Shown here: one piece after another, positions 35,658-47,570 of the stretch
Numbering within the stretch: position 1 is the stretch's first letter
How the letters are laid out: the number at the start of each line of letters is the position of its first letter
Assembly (NCBI RefSeq): GCF_004010195.1
Contig: NC_057719.1
Span: 70,849,526-70,913,525, forward strand
Direction: 5' to 3'
DNA from: Chiloscyllium plagiosum
Lineage: Eukaryota
Length of the DNA stretch: 64,000 bases
The notes under the pieces: model-generated
What the model was told of the DNA's origin: nothing
Seen by the model: only the letters and a program-made list of their open reading frames with translations
Databases searched by the model: none
Made by a program: the position numbers and the translations under genes

Positions 35658-36887
35658 ATGTTGGACATGGGAGATAAGAAAGAAGTGAAGATGATCCCCA
35701 AGTCGTCGTTCAGCATAAACAGCCTGGTGCCCGAAGCGGTGCAGAATGACAGCCGCCAGCGCGCTGGCCCTGAGCACGATGACAAGCCGGGCTTGCCAGC
35801 TCTCGACACCAAGCCCGAGATCGCCGGCGGCAAAAGCGAGAGCAGCTCGGCGGAGCCACCCGGCTCGGACGACAAGGACAAGCCCGAGGAGAAGAAGGCC
35901 GACGGCAAGGAGTCAGACGCCGGCAAGGAGGGCGAGAAGAAGAACGGCAAATACGAGAAGCCCCCGTTCAGCTACAACGCCCTGATCATGATGGCCATCC
36001 GCCAGAGCCCCGAGAAGCGGCTCACCCTCAACGGCATCTACGAGTTCATCATGAAGAACTTCCCGTACTACCGGGAGAACAAGCAGGGCTGGCAGAACTC
36101 CATCCGGCACAACCTCAGCCTGAACAAGTGCTTCGTCAAGGTGCCCAGGCACTACGACGACCCCGGGAAGGGCAATTACTGGATGCTGGACCCGTCGAGC
36201 GACGACGTCTTCATAGGCGGCACCACGGGCAAACTGCGCCGGAGATCCACCACCTCGCGGGCCAAGTTAGCTTTCAAGCGGGGAGCGCGCCTCACCTCCA
36301 CCGGCCTGACTTTCATGGACAGGGCAGGTTCCTTATATTGGCCGGTCTCGCCATTCCTGTCCCTCCATCACCCCCGAGCCAGCAGTACCTTGAGTTATAA
36401 TGGAACCACCTCACCTTATCCCAGCCACCCGATGTCCTACAGCTCGGTGTTAACTCAGAACTCTCTGGCAAACAACCACTCTTTTCCAACATCAAATGGC
36501 TTAAGTGTAGATAGACTTGTGAACGGAGAAATTCCTTATGCCACCCACCACCTCACGGCTGCAGCCGCCTTGGCTGCCTCGGTGCCGTGCGGTTTATCTG
36601 TTCCATGCTCGGGCACGTATTCGTTAAATCCTTGCTCGGTAAACCTTCTGGCAGGACAGACAAGTTACTTTTTCCCCCATGTTCCTCACCCTTCAATGAC
36701 TTCTCAAAGCAGCACTTCAATGACGGCTAGGACAGCGTCCTCTACGTCTCCACAGGCGCCTTCTACTCTCCCCTGTGAGTCTCTAAGACCTTCTTTGCCA
36801 AGTTTCTCCACAGGACTTTCTGGAGGACTTTCTGACTACTTCACACATCAAAACCAGGGGCCCTCTTCAAACCCTCTAATACACTAA
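35658..36887 (+). CDS. FOXG1: Forkhead box protein G1 (brain factor 1), single exon, 409 aa
   Basis: Starts [29 protein letters not shown] (conserved FOXG1 N-terminus with eh1 FSINSL). Forkhead domain [14 protein letters not shown]...[18 protein letters not shown]...GKLRRR at ~35958-36246. GLSVDRLV and [17 protein letters not shown] corepressor-binding regions. Ends SSNPLIH*. The ORF-track start at 35532 is a TTG; the first in-frame ATG is at 35658. Confidence 0.98.
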   Translation: MLDMGDKKEVKMIPKSSFSINSLVPEAVQNDSRQRAGPEHDDKPGLPALDTKPEIAGGKSESSSAEPPGSDDKDKPEEKKADGKESDAGKEGEKKNGKYEKPPFSYNALIMMAIRQSPEKRLTLNGIYEFIMKNFPYYRENKQGWQNSIRHNLSLNKCFVKVPRHYDDPGKGNYWMLDPSSDDVFIGGTTGKLRRRSTTSRAKLAFKRGARLTSTGLTFMDRAGSLYWPVSPFLSLHHPRASSTLSYNGTTSPYPSHPMSYSSVLTQNSLANNHSFPTSNGLSVDRLVNGEIPYATHHLTAAAALAASVPCGLSVPCSGTYSLNPCSVNLLAGQTSYFFPHVPHPSMTSQSSTSMTARTASSTSPQAPSTLPCESLRPSLPSFSTGLSGGLSDYFTHQNQGPSSNPLIH

Positions 36888-37770
36888 CAAATCCCTTCGA
36901 AAAGACTGTAAGTTGACATTTTACACACATTTGCGTTGTAAATAATTCTCAAAAGAAGCCCAGGTATTTTTATTCAAGTCCCCATTTTTGTCTGCATTTT
37001 GTCAAATCCCGTAGGATTGTTTGTTTATTCAGTTTCAGCAATGTGCAATTTGAGGCGGTTTAGATAGGAAACCATGAGTTAAATTAATGTAGACTGTGTA
37101 TTTAAAATGACTACATTCCAACTAAGTTTAAATTAGGCAGGTCTGAAACAACTGTTCCACCAGAATTTCATATTTACAGTATTAGAAGTTATCTTTTTCT
37201 GGTGGCTGCTGATCTCAATATTGGCGGAAACATTTTACACTCGAAATAATCAAAATTGAACACTTGATTTGTACTGTATTTGGTAACCTTACTTAAAACA
37301 TGCCTAACCTTCGGTCATTTTTTTTCCCATTTGGTTACAAAATGGTTCATGTTTACGTTGAGACCAAAGACGGGGCTAGAAATGCACTCCTTGTTTAAAC
37401 GAACAAGTACTTTGAAAATAATTCCTATTTTCCAGTTTACAACACTGCCTGCAAAAGAATCAGAAGGGGACAAAATTGATGATTGCCTTTAGTTTGTGTT
37501 GTGCATAATTCGATGTATGTGGTCACTAACAGGTCCCTTTTCATTTCTTTCTGTAACTGTAGTGAAATGTGTAAACCTATTGTACTTAAAGGATAAATCT
37601 TGCGGACGTGTAACTTGTGTTGCTTAAATGCCTCATAAATTCCTTGAGTGATTGTTAATGTCGTCTCTAAATTTCATGATTGTGATATTGTGATCATATG
37701 CCCGTGTTGTCACTTAAAATGTTTACTATACAGAAGGCACCGAAATAAAAAAAATAGGTTACATTCAGAA
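36888..37770 (+). promoter_or_regulatory. FOXG1 3'UTR with miRNA seed matches
   Basis: CAGTATTA 37177 (miR-200b/c/429 8mer), GTACTGTA 37271 (miR-101 8mer), TGTTTAC 37350 and 37720 (miR-30), ACCAAAGA 37363 (miR-9 8mer), AATGCAC 37381 (miR-33), CACTGCC 37443 (miR-34/449), GTGCAAT 37043 (miR-92 family). Confidence 0.75.
37744..37749 (+). terminator. Polyadenylation signal (proximal)
   Basis: AATAAA followed ~25-50 nt later by a T/GT-rich tract (TTTTGACATCTTGTCCTTTTCTTT). A second AATAAA lies at 38127-38132. Confidence 0.65.
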
Positions 37771-40700
37771 GTTTTGACATCTTGTCCTTTTCTTTATCAC
37801 CGCTAAATGCAATAGTGATCTGCAGTAATACTTTTTTTTGTAAATGGCTTTCTTTCTGCATGCATTCCTGTATCCCGTCAAAGAGACCAAAGTATACCAG
37901 ATTAGTCAAGAATGAAACCACCCCTCCCCTTTATCTAGGCCTAATTTATCCCGTTGTACTCACCCACGTTTAACCTGAACCGTTGATATAATGTTTAAGT
38001 TACGCTCCAATTTAACTAATATGCTCACTTTTTAAAAAAATATAACTCTTCCCAATGAGTTTTATATTGGCGCCGCGTGTTCTTAGTACGGTTCAATTCA
38101 CGGCTTACTATACATTATACACACCGAATAAAGGAACAGGTTTGAATGCATCCCTAAAACTATTTCCTATCAAAATTTGTTTCACTGTCGCGCTAGTTTT
38201 CAAACTATTTGCTGATTTTTTGTGGTTTAGATGTGAAGCACACAGGACTCTTTGAGGCAAATATTTTAAACGTTAGTGTAGTTGCTGGAGTGGTGTATTG
38301 TTGATTTAAATGTGGTTTCCCAGAAAGTGGAGCCCTGCCTTTTCACAGTCACCTCATCAGTTCATGCATTTTTGAAACAATACACAGCCTTCAAAAGACA
38401 CTAAGAGCCCAATGCCTCCTGCACTACCAGGTATAAAATATAAACGTGATATTTTTAAACAGAGAGCGACCCACCAGGAAATTTAGTTGAAAGTTATAAA
38501 TTAATATTTGATTTGTCGATTTGTCAATTGACGTTCAGGTATTATTTACAAATTCATATTGAAGTGTGTGATCACTGACAGCAAGTGAATGAGTTCTTCA
38601 TGTACGCTGGGGATTTTGTCGATTCAGGAACAATATGATTATGAAATAAATTCTTCCGTAGAAATGACAGCCGGTGCCAATGAATGTTATGTACATTTGT
38701 AACCCCATTTCAGATGAGATTGATTCATGCAGTGATCTGGAGGCAATTACTTTTGGTTGTATCATTTATGACTAAAAGCGTTGAAACTCTCTATGAAAAT
38801 ATACAACATTCGACAAGCTGAGATGTCACATTTGTGAGAAAAATTTGACTAATACATTTCTTGCAAATTCGATCCGCAGTAAGTCTGTGCAGGGTGCTAT
38901 CCTTATTTGTTCTTCTTGTGTTACATTAACTATGCCCACGAGTAACGCAAGAAGGCTAGTGCCTCTCACAATAGGCCCGAAGGAAAATGAATCTCGGCTG
39001 TAGATGTTATCGCTGTAATGTTAAGCAGGGTTATGTGAAAGAAGGAAGTGTGGCTCCTGAATTAAATACAAGCAAATTGATATGAAAAAAAAGGAAAGGA
39101 GAATTTGCGAGGCGTTACTGAGGGGATCTACAATAAGAGGGTTTTCTTTGACCTGAAGAAACGTGAAGCTTCATTTACATAGAGACAAGACGCAGTGACG
39201 TTAGCAGTTATCCGGGCCGCTAGCTGCTCCATACGTTCTCCAGAGATAATCTATCCCGTTTCTCTGCTCCAAACCGGCGCTCCGGAACTAGAAAATAAAA
39301 CCAATCTATCTGTTGATAAAATGCTGTACATTGTCTATTAGAAAACAATAAACCGTGTCACGTCTTTAAAAAGTCCCAATTCCTTTTTTTTTCGCTGCGG
39401 CACAGGTCAAAGGCACGCCTGCTTTTCAGATCTGTGGCTGCCTTAGAAATTGAACCTCAAAGTGTTTTCAAAAAGATCATTATACCATTAGGAAAAGTTT
39501 AAAGTTTTTTTTTCGTTAAGTGCCATTTTACGAAAGGAGAGAAGCATTCCGCTGTTTAACCCCTGAAGTTTCACTGAGCTGGAACGTGCCGTCGAATGCA
39601 ATGCCTTGCATTTGGTAAGTCCACGATCTCCTTTTCTTTCCACTAGTTCGTCGTTGACTTGCTAAGATTGTTTGAATTGTATATGTGTGTATATTGTACT
39701 GCAGAGTATTTATTTCATTGTTTTTTTTTAAATTTAATTTAATTGAACTCTGGGCCTAATGCGCCTGTTTATCCTAATAATCAGCATAAACTGACAGTCG
39801 TGATTTTAAGAATATTATCATTGGGACGGTTTCTGCGACCTGTACATTAAAAATGTGCAGTTAGGATACATTTCCGCAGGGCAGTCATGCTGAGGTTGTC
39901 AGGAGGCGCATCAGAATATTTTAATGATTACTTACAAACAAATTGAAATTCTCAGGTTTGTACCAATGCTGTTTAGACTTGACCTGCCATTAACAGAAGA
40001 TCGATTCAAACAAAAGGAAACCGTGCACATAATGTCGTAATTCCATGACTATTGCCAAGTTGCTTTGTGTGTGAAGCGATTGGAAAGGGGAACTAGATCG
40101 CGACAGTATTTCTGTTCAGGACAATGCTTGACTGTGATTGAGTGGATACCCAACATGAAAACACATAAGATCTCCAATTACTTTCATGCTCAAGCACATC
40201 AAATCCACTAGCTGCGAAGGTTAGGAAATACAGGCGTGTTAAAAGGGCAGCTGGGAGTTTACCTGATAGAATGTGACGCCTGGATAGTCATAGTTTTGAT
40301 AATCAAATTGTCCCTAATGATCCGAAGAACATACCTTAGCTAGTGGTTTCAAAGTCCAACAAGCCATGTTGAAACAATTGAAAATTTCCAACGTAATAGT
40401 TTATTTTACAAGTTGTTAAGTGCACAGCAAATATGTTGCAATGTGGTGCTGAGAGAAAAAAAATACTAAAATGCGCTGTCGTGCATTATTATGCCAAGCG
40501 GAGTCACATCATGCCTGAAGCCGAGACCCTCACAAGAGTAGATCCTAATTTAGTATTACACGGATTTGTATGAGAAAAAAACCTTCACCACGAATCCGTA
40601 ATGAAAGGTCTCAATGTGATGGCTTTGGTTTGGTTCGAATGTGGAAGGTAGCTCACTCTGATCAGCATTTTGGGTAATGTGGCTATATTTTGTGTCAGCT

Positions 40701-43700
40701 GTGTGGTACGTTCTACAAGGTGAGCGACTCTTGGGGCAATACGTCAAGGTACATTCAAGATCTGTCGGATCATTCCCAATAATTCTATCCGGAATCCGAT
40801 TAATGTCAAAATATAAGATCCACAGCCGTGATCTTTCTTCCCATCTTTGCTTTTTCTTCGTAAGCGCCGAAGGTTATTTCCCGTGCAAGTAATGCCCCAT
40901 TTCTGCCTCAGTGTATTTCCTATCTCCAAAATCCTGCAAGGAAAGAAATAGAGTAGACTCCTTGACAATATTTCCCATTTGAATTGATGCATTATGTTTT
41001 TTAAGTCCACATTGAAGAAATTGTTTCTGGTAACTAAGGATCTACCCGTTTGGGTCAAACGTGGTATTTGCCGGGTTAGATAGAGGTGAAGGTGAAGTTC
41101 ATTAGGGGTTTGAGGGATGTGTGAGTGGTGCCCAGAGGGCGGAGTTCTTGCGCACTGTAAACTTTCCAGATCAAACCTCGCTGCAATTGTCTGGAAACAG
41201 ATGGCAGCGACATTGAACGGGAGCGAGAGTTGAGCGTCAATCCTCACTAAGTAGGGAACTTGTGAAAATAAAAACCACTGGAATATCGAAGATAAAACAA
41301 AATGCAATTAAACAGAAGTAACCATTATGTCTTAGCCCGCAATAATTGTAAGCAAGTAACTTCCGATTAAGAACAACAGAAAATCAACGCTCTCACTTTG
41401 CACAATAATGTGTTTCCCTCTACCCAAACTGTTGGTTTGAATCTTTTGATTATTTACATTTGAAAGTTTTAAACAAATTTAGTTGTGGCTACTTCCGTCG
41501 CTAAGGCATTATGCTACAACATTTAAATAATATGATATATGATAATGAGAAGAAAGGGAATTTAATTATCGGGCGCATAATCTAAACATCCATATATTTT
41601 CAAATAATATTTTTGCGCTGCTGTTGAACAGCCTTAAATTAGTTTATTTTATTTATTTCTTGATAATAATCTGCAAATTGTTCCTTAATATTCAATTTAT
41701 ACGTGTTTTATGAACAATTTGAGCCACATATTTGGCTGTCAGTTATTGAATACACGAAACACAAATAAATAGCGAAAATAGAACTGCTGACAAAATAGGT
41801 ACAACTGCATAATTAACCAGAATTCATATTTGGACTAATTTGGTTTATCATCAAATGGGTAAAATTAGGGAACAAACGCCGATACTATGGAGTTTTAAAA
41901 TGTTATATCTGTGCTTAAGCGCATTGTTCTTTATTCAGTCTTTTATTCAATCATCTTACGGACATACTAACAACATTGTCTTTACATTATCTCAATCGAC
42001 ATTTCTTTTCAAGACTAAAATTTTAAAATTTCCTATATTTTATTTCAAGTATGAAATTTAAATTATTTGAAAGCAAGCAATGGCGCACTTACGTAATTTG
42101 TAATGCTGTGCGTTAGTTAGTGTAAGATGCGAGGGTAAAAGATATCACTGTGATACTGGATTAGTGCAATAAAACGTGTCCTCTGTGTTAATTGCAATTA
42201 TAATGCTGGTATTGCAGACTACCTTGTAGGGTGTTACATGCCTGTCTAAATTTGCAACACATTCACCAGGGCACAGTTTGGGTAAATATGCCGAGTTTAT
42301 AATCTTCGTGTTTCTTTTAACGTGTTTAATGTCTAAGGGTAAACATATATTTTAGACTTACATGAAACAAATTCTGCATAAAATATGTAACATAGGTTAA
42401 ATCGTAAACTTTATATTTCTCTTTCGAGCAACTGATTATCAGCGGCATATAAGGTATTGGATACATTTTCTATTATGAAAAAACCACAAGACTTTTAATA
42501 TTTGTTATTACTTACCTAACTTGCAAGACAGCTTGCTTTCCTTATAATCACGAATAACTCTGCATAATATACAAAACAATATATTCACTTTTGGCTGAGA
42601 TACAGTACTAAATATTACCACGGCGAATCTCTAATTTATTATTATAATTATTATTCATGCATCCATTGACAAAAAAATATAATAATCTTTAAAGAACCAG
42701 TTTCCTCCATCTACAAATAGTTATGCGGGTGATGTAACGAAAATAATTCATACAAACAGAATAGCCAGAAATTCTACAGCTGTTGGTCTGCTATTAAGGC
42801 TTTTTTTGGAACCATTTCCCAGAGCAAATGTGTTTGTAAACACATCGATTTACATTGGTAAGGCTGAACAGTGAAAGAGTTGGAGCAATTGTTGCTCAGA
42901 GACTGGGCATCTCGTGAGTCGCAGATCTTGTTCCTGGATGTTAACCTTATCGAGTATGACAGGCCACTTTGTTTGCGGCGCTTTACTGTTGTGAACTCGA
43001 TCTAGTCAGTATTGTACTCAGTTTCAACACACTGCGCCTATCATAGATCTAAGCACATTTCCTTGATAACTCATCTTACATTCCGAGACATTGTGACGAA
43101 AAGCTAAAACTGTTATTTTCGGTTTCGGAAGACTTTACTTCACAGCCTGAAGTTTGACAAGTCTTCAAGTTGCACATTTAACATAGGTCATCATTGATAG
43201 TGCTTGTAACAGAATATAAGCTGGAAATTATCAGTATGTCGCCAGAAGACACATACATTTAGTTTAATTTCCTCTTGATTTTCTTTTGACAACTGCTAGC
43301 TAACCTATTCAGCAAAGAGAGCTTGATCAGAACTGTCAATGGTAGCGTGGGGGCGCTGTTGGTAAAGCAATGAGTCTAACATGTCTCTTTCGCTGTCTAC
43401 CTAATCTCTCTTTCTTCCCCTCTCTCACTCTCTCTCGCTTTCCTTCACAGCTTGTGTCTGTGTTTCAAAAACACAATGCACATATTCGATTGTCTTTTGC
43501 ACATTATGCATTTCTATCGGCACCAAGCGGTTTCTCTTCTCACGGTGTAAACCTCGAGTCCCGGAGCTCAACTTGGCTCCAGAGAGAAGAGTGGACTCAC
43601 TTCCACTTGGTTCGGAGCAGAACCGGCTCTCAGATTTACACTAGAAAACTTTAGCGCCAGGAACTCGCCTGGCGCTGACCCTGCCATAATAAGAAGGCGG

Positions 43701-46700
43701 ATGCATCGACGATCAGAAAGGTGTACGCAATTTAGCAAACAATGCCGATTCAAAAGGGAATCGACGTTTAAGTCACATGCTTCACTTTTCCAATCAGCAA
43801 AACATATTCTCGTGGTCACGTTCAAACATATTTGTGTAAATAAAATATATTGTTTAATTGGTTTATTGAATAGTTGGTAAAATACAAATAACGTGAGCAA
43901 TAAAAATCTCCCTGTTTTGTGAACCATTAATTTGACTTTAAGAAACGGTGACCAAGGCTAGTTTTGAACGTGTGTGTCCATGAATCAGTTCAAGCTATAT
44001 ATATATGTGTGTGTTTATTGGTTTGTTGTGATCCATGATGGAGTCAGTGTTATTTGGGAAAGCAAATGTGTTTTGAATATGATTGAAATAACTTTTATCA
44101 GTAAATCCTTCATAGTATTTTCGTTGCATTTTTAATGTTATTTAATATTTTGACACCTGGACTATCTGCTAGATATTCCAATCGTTCAGGCTGAGTTTTC
44201 TTTTTAACATTGTTGAGATTGCGCAGCTATTTGTTGTTCGGACTCATGCAGATGAAGTCCACTGAAGAACACGTTTGATGTTATTAACTGGGAGTTTAAA
44301 CGTTCAATGAATATAATAAAGCTACTGAGCGATCTTTGTGTGTTTGGTCACAGGGAGATATAATTTAACTCTACCTCTTGTCTCTAGCTGCTCTTAAATA
44401 TTCAATTTTAGTTTCGCTAAAATGGGCGCCTATGTGTGCACCGACTAAACAAATTATTGGTGCATGTTTTACAAGTATGCCTAGCAGCAGCAATCAACTG
44501 CTTTCACTCCAGGGATTTGATTTGAGAAATAATGAAGGTGGGATTTGCCAAACCTCGGTGCACCAACAGATTTTAAACAGGAAATGGCATGGAATACATA
44601 GAATGAACAATCGCTCTGAACTGTGACATAGTATTTTTGATGAAATTTAACGTTAGCGGTCCCTTTAAATTGGGAAGTATCGGGCTGGTCAATCCATATC
44701 CAGTTACCTCGTTTACATTTAAAACCAGAAATTTGCACATTTGTCCACTGCCCTGTCCGTCAATCTTCTCACCATCGGAACAAAGGGCATGTTTGATTTT
44801 GCAACACAACAGTAAGATTCTGTGATAGATATGTTCCAGATAGGAGATGGGAATAGAAAGCCGTGTGTCGTTTGGAAATTGGTTTTAAAAATGCTAACAG
44901 ATATACATGCCCATGTATTTGACATTGGTTGAACAAATAAACAGAAAAAAAATCATCACCAGTGGTTCCATGTCATTGAACACAGGTGCATTGTTTGCCA
45001 ATACTCAATATTTCATAAAGAGTGAATGAAGGATTATTTATTTATATTGCATGAGTAACTATAACTATCATTTTACAATATTTGGTTTTGTCGAGTAACC
45101 TAGAACCACTGAAGGTTACCCGATTTAGAACACGCGCGCCTATATTTCTGGACAGTGAAAATGTCCAAAGTAACAAAAATGTGTTTTTCGATCGTGTTAA
45201 ATATCTAGGAAGAGAAAATTAAATACTTGCAAAGCTTTTCGCCCCGTAAAGTAGATAATTCCCAGGAATGTTCTTGTTCAAATGTCAAATCTCCTAACAA
45301 AAATGAAATGACAGCTTTTGAAGTTAAGCAGAGTTCACACCTCAATATTTAATATAAAACGCTGGTAATTGCCTTAACAATTACGCTACACCTTGTCTTT
45401 GTGCATTATCAGTTTCCGCGTCCTGTCATTTTTACAATAATTATCTATGATTCATTTCAATTCGCCTTCTTGCTAAAATTAATTTCATGAATGCGACCAC
45501 GTTTTTTTTTCTCAAAAACATTTCATTTCTAAATTCCTTTAAAATTGATTCCAAACCACTGCCATGTAAATAGGTTACATTTTATTGGAAACATTTTTAG
45601 GTAACAAAAGTAGAATCAACGTTTTGAATACTTTTTTTTTCTTCTGGAAATGGTATTGACCTGAAATGGTTTAAACTGTAAAAGGGGAGGTTAAGGAAAT
45701 ATCCAATCCATGAGAAAGCCCCATCCATGTTTTGAGTGATGCCAATATTAAAACATCATTGAACTAGCGTAAATAAGAAAGGACTCTTCTGATACGTTCC
45801 GGAAATGAAAAATGTACTCCTATATAATTACGTTGTGGAAATCATTTGGGACTCGGTGGGATTTTATTTGCGGAAGCAGCGTAAATAACGTTTCATTCTG
45901 AATAGCGAACTAATGTGCGTAAACCCTCGGCCTAGTGTTCCAAATTACAGACAGCATTGTTGGGGGAGGGGGTGGGGGGTGAGGGGAGGACACAACACAA
46001 CATCCAGTAGCTCGTAATCAACTGGGTGTAAACTATACATTTGACGATAAAAAAAAGTACCTGGAAATAGATTCGTGTTGAGATCATTCACATTAACCAA
46101 ATACTGAATTTAAATATCAAATTCGAGTATTGCCAACAAACTGACGGGAGGTGATGGTTTTTATTGGAACAGAGCTCAACAAGCCGAGTTTCTCCAACAA
46201 TTTCTGTTTTTGTGACAACAAGTGATATGCTCAGTAAGAGGCTAAGACTGTAAAGACTGTAGGATAGGAAATAATTGTTGTTTTCTACCAAGCTTATTCC
46301 AAATTACTCATTCACCTTGGTTAAAATCAACTACGGCTGAAATCCATTTTGATGTTTAAAATGCGTTAGTAGTGCTATAAAAACCCCCATTGTTGATAGC
46401 ATTGCGTAAACATGTCAACCACACATTTAAAATGAGTCATTTATCAGGAATTGGTCACAAATTATACAAGGTTTAATTTGTATTGATTTGCGTGTTTATC
46501 TATTTGTGAAAACCTTTACGTAATTGCCTACATAGTCATTGGCTTGTGTTGATATTACCGTATTGTTTTGAAACAAACTTCTTATAATCTGCAAGAAATT
46601 GGCACATGTACAGCTGAAGTATTATATCGATGGTAGATTGCCATCAGCCTTGGGAAAGATGACTGCGATAATACAAGTGAACGAAAGTGTTCAAATCTAA

Positions 46701-47284
46701 ATGTATGATGTTGAAGCGTGAAATTATAATTGTAATAATTTTATATGAACATTTTGCTATTTAAAAGAAGTGTCACTTAAAACATTCCTGGATTATCTAT
46801 TTGCTTAGTCGGAAGGACAATGGAGTATTTCCACTTTAAACGAAGGTTTCTTGTATGCGGGTTGAAGATACAAGTTAGTGTTAACAGACGGTTCCAGGTT
46901 TCTATATTGTAGTTATTACTTTTCAGCAACAGGGAACCGACATCACTACTTAAGTTTCGTATCTTGAAATATCAGTTTTGATTAATTCATTGGTTTTAAA
47001 AGATTTGGAAATAGCTAATCTACGTGCATTTTTTTCTTGAAAGCACTCAAATCACACTAATATTGCCCCGCCAAATATCGAACGGAGAAATTGTACGAGG
47101 TGTAGGCTTTAAGTAATTTAACATCTGGCATAAACATGGACTTGATCAAAAACAGATTATTTTATTGAGTATTGATGACCTCTCTCAATGTACTGCCGTT
47201 TCTGTGATAACGATTAAATTTTATGCTAAATTACTGTATTGTTTACGTACAGAATCAGACTTAAAGCAATGGTAAGAAACGTAT

Positions 47285-47570
47285 GTATTTTGTGTGCGAG
47301 CCTGTCTCTAGTCCTGTGTGAATCTGTCCCTGTGTGTATTTGCCCCACTGATATCTGCTCTTGTGTGCGGGTAACTGTCCATGTGTGTGTATCTGCCCTG
47401 TATATGTCTGTCATTGTGTAAGTATTTGCCTTTATATGTCTGCTGCTGTGTGTAAGTTTGTGTGTGGTTGCACTTTCATGCATCCCCTGTGTGCCTGCCG
47501 TGTATATCTGTCCCTGTGTATACACATGCGTGTGTGTATCTGCCCCTATATGTGTTGATCTCCTGTGTGT
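47285..47570. repeat. Degenerate TG-rich minisatellite-like tract
   Basis: Recurring TGTGTGTATCTG(T/C)CCC-like units. Confidence 0.75.

Noticed and set aside
35588..36495. Antisense and alternate-frame ORFs overlapping FOXG1
   Set aside because: Expected by-product of high GC3, with no recognisable protein features.
40744..41307. 187-aa minus-strand ORF
   Set aside because: No recognisable domain or codon bias. Lies in probable regulatory DNA.
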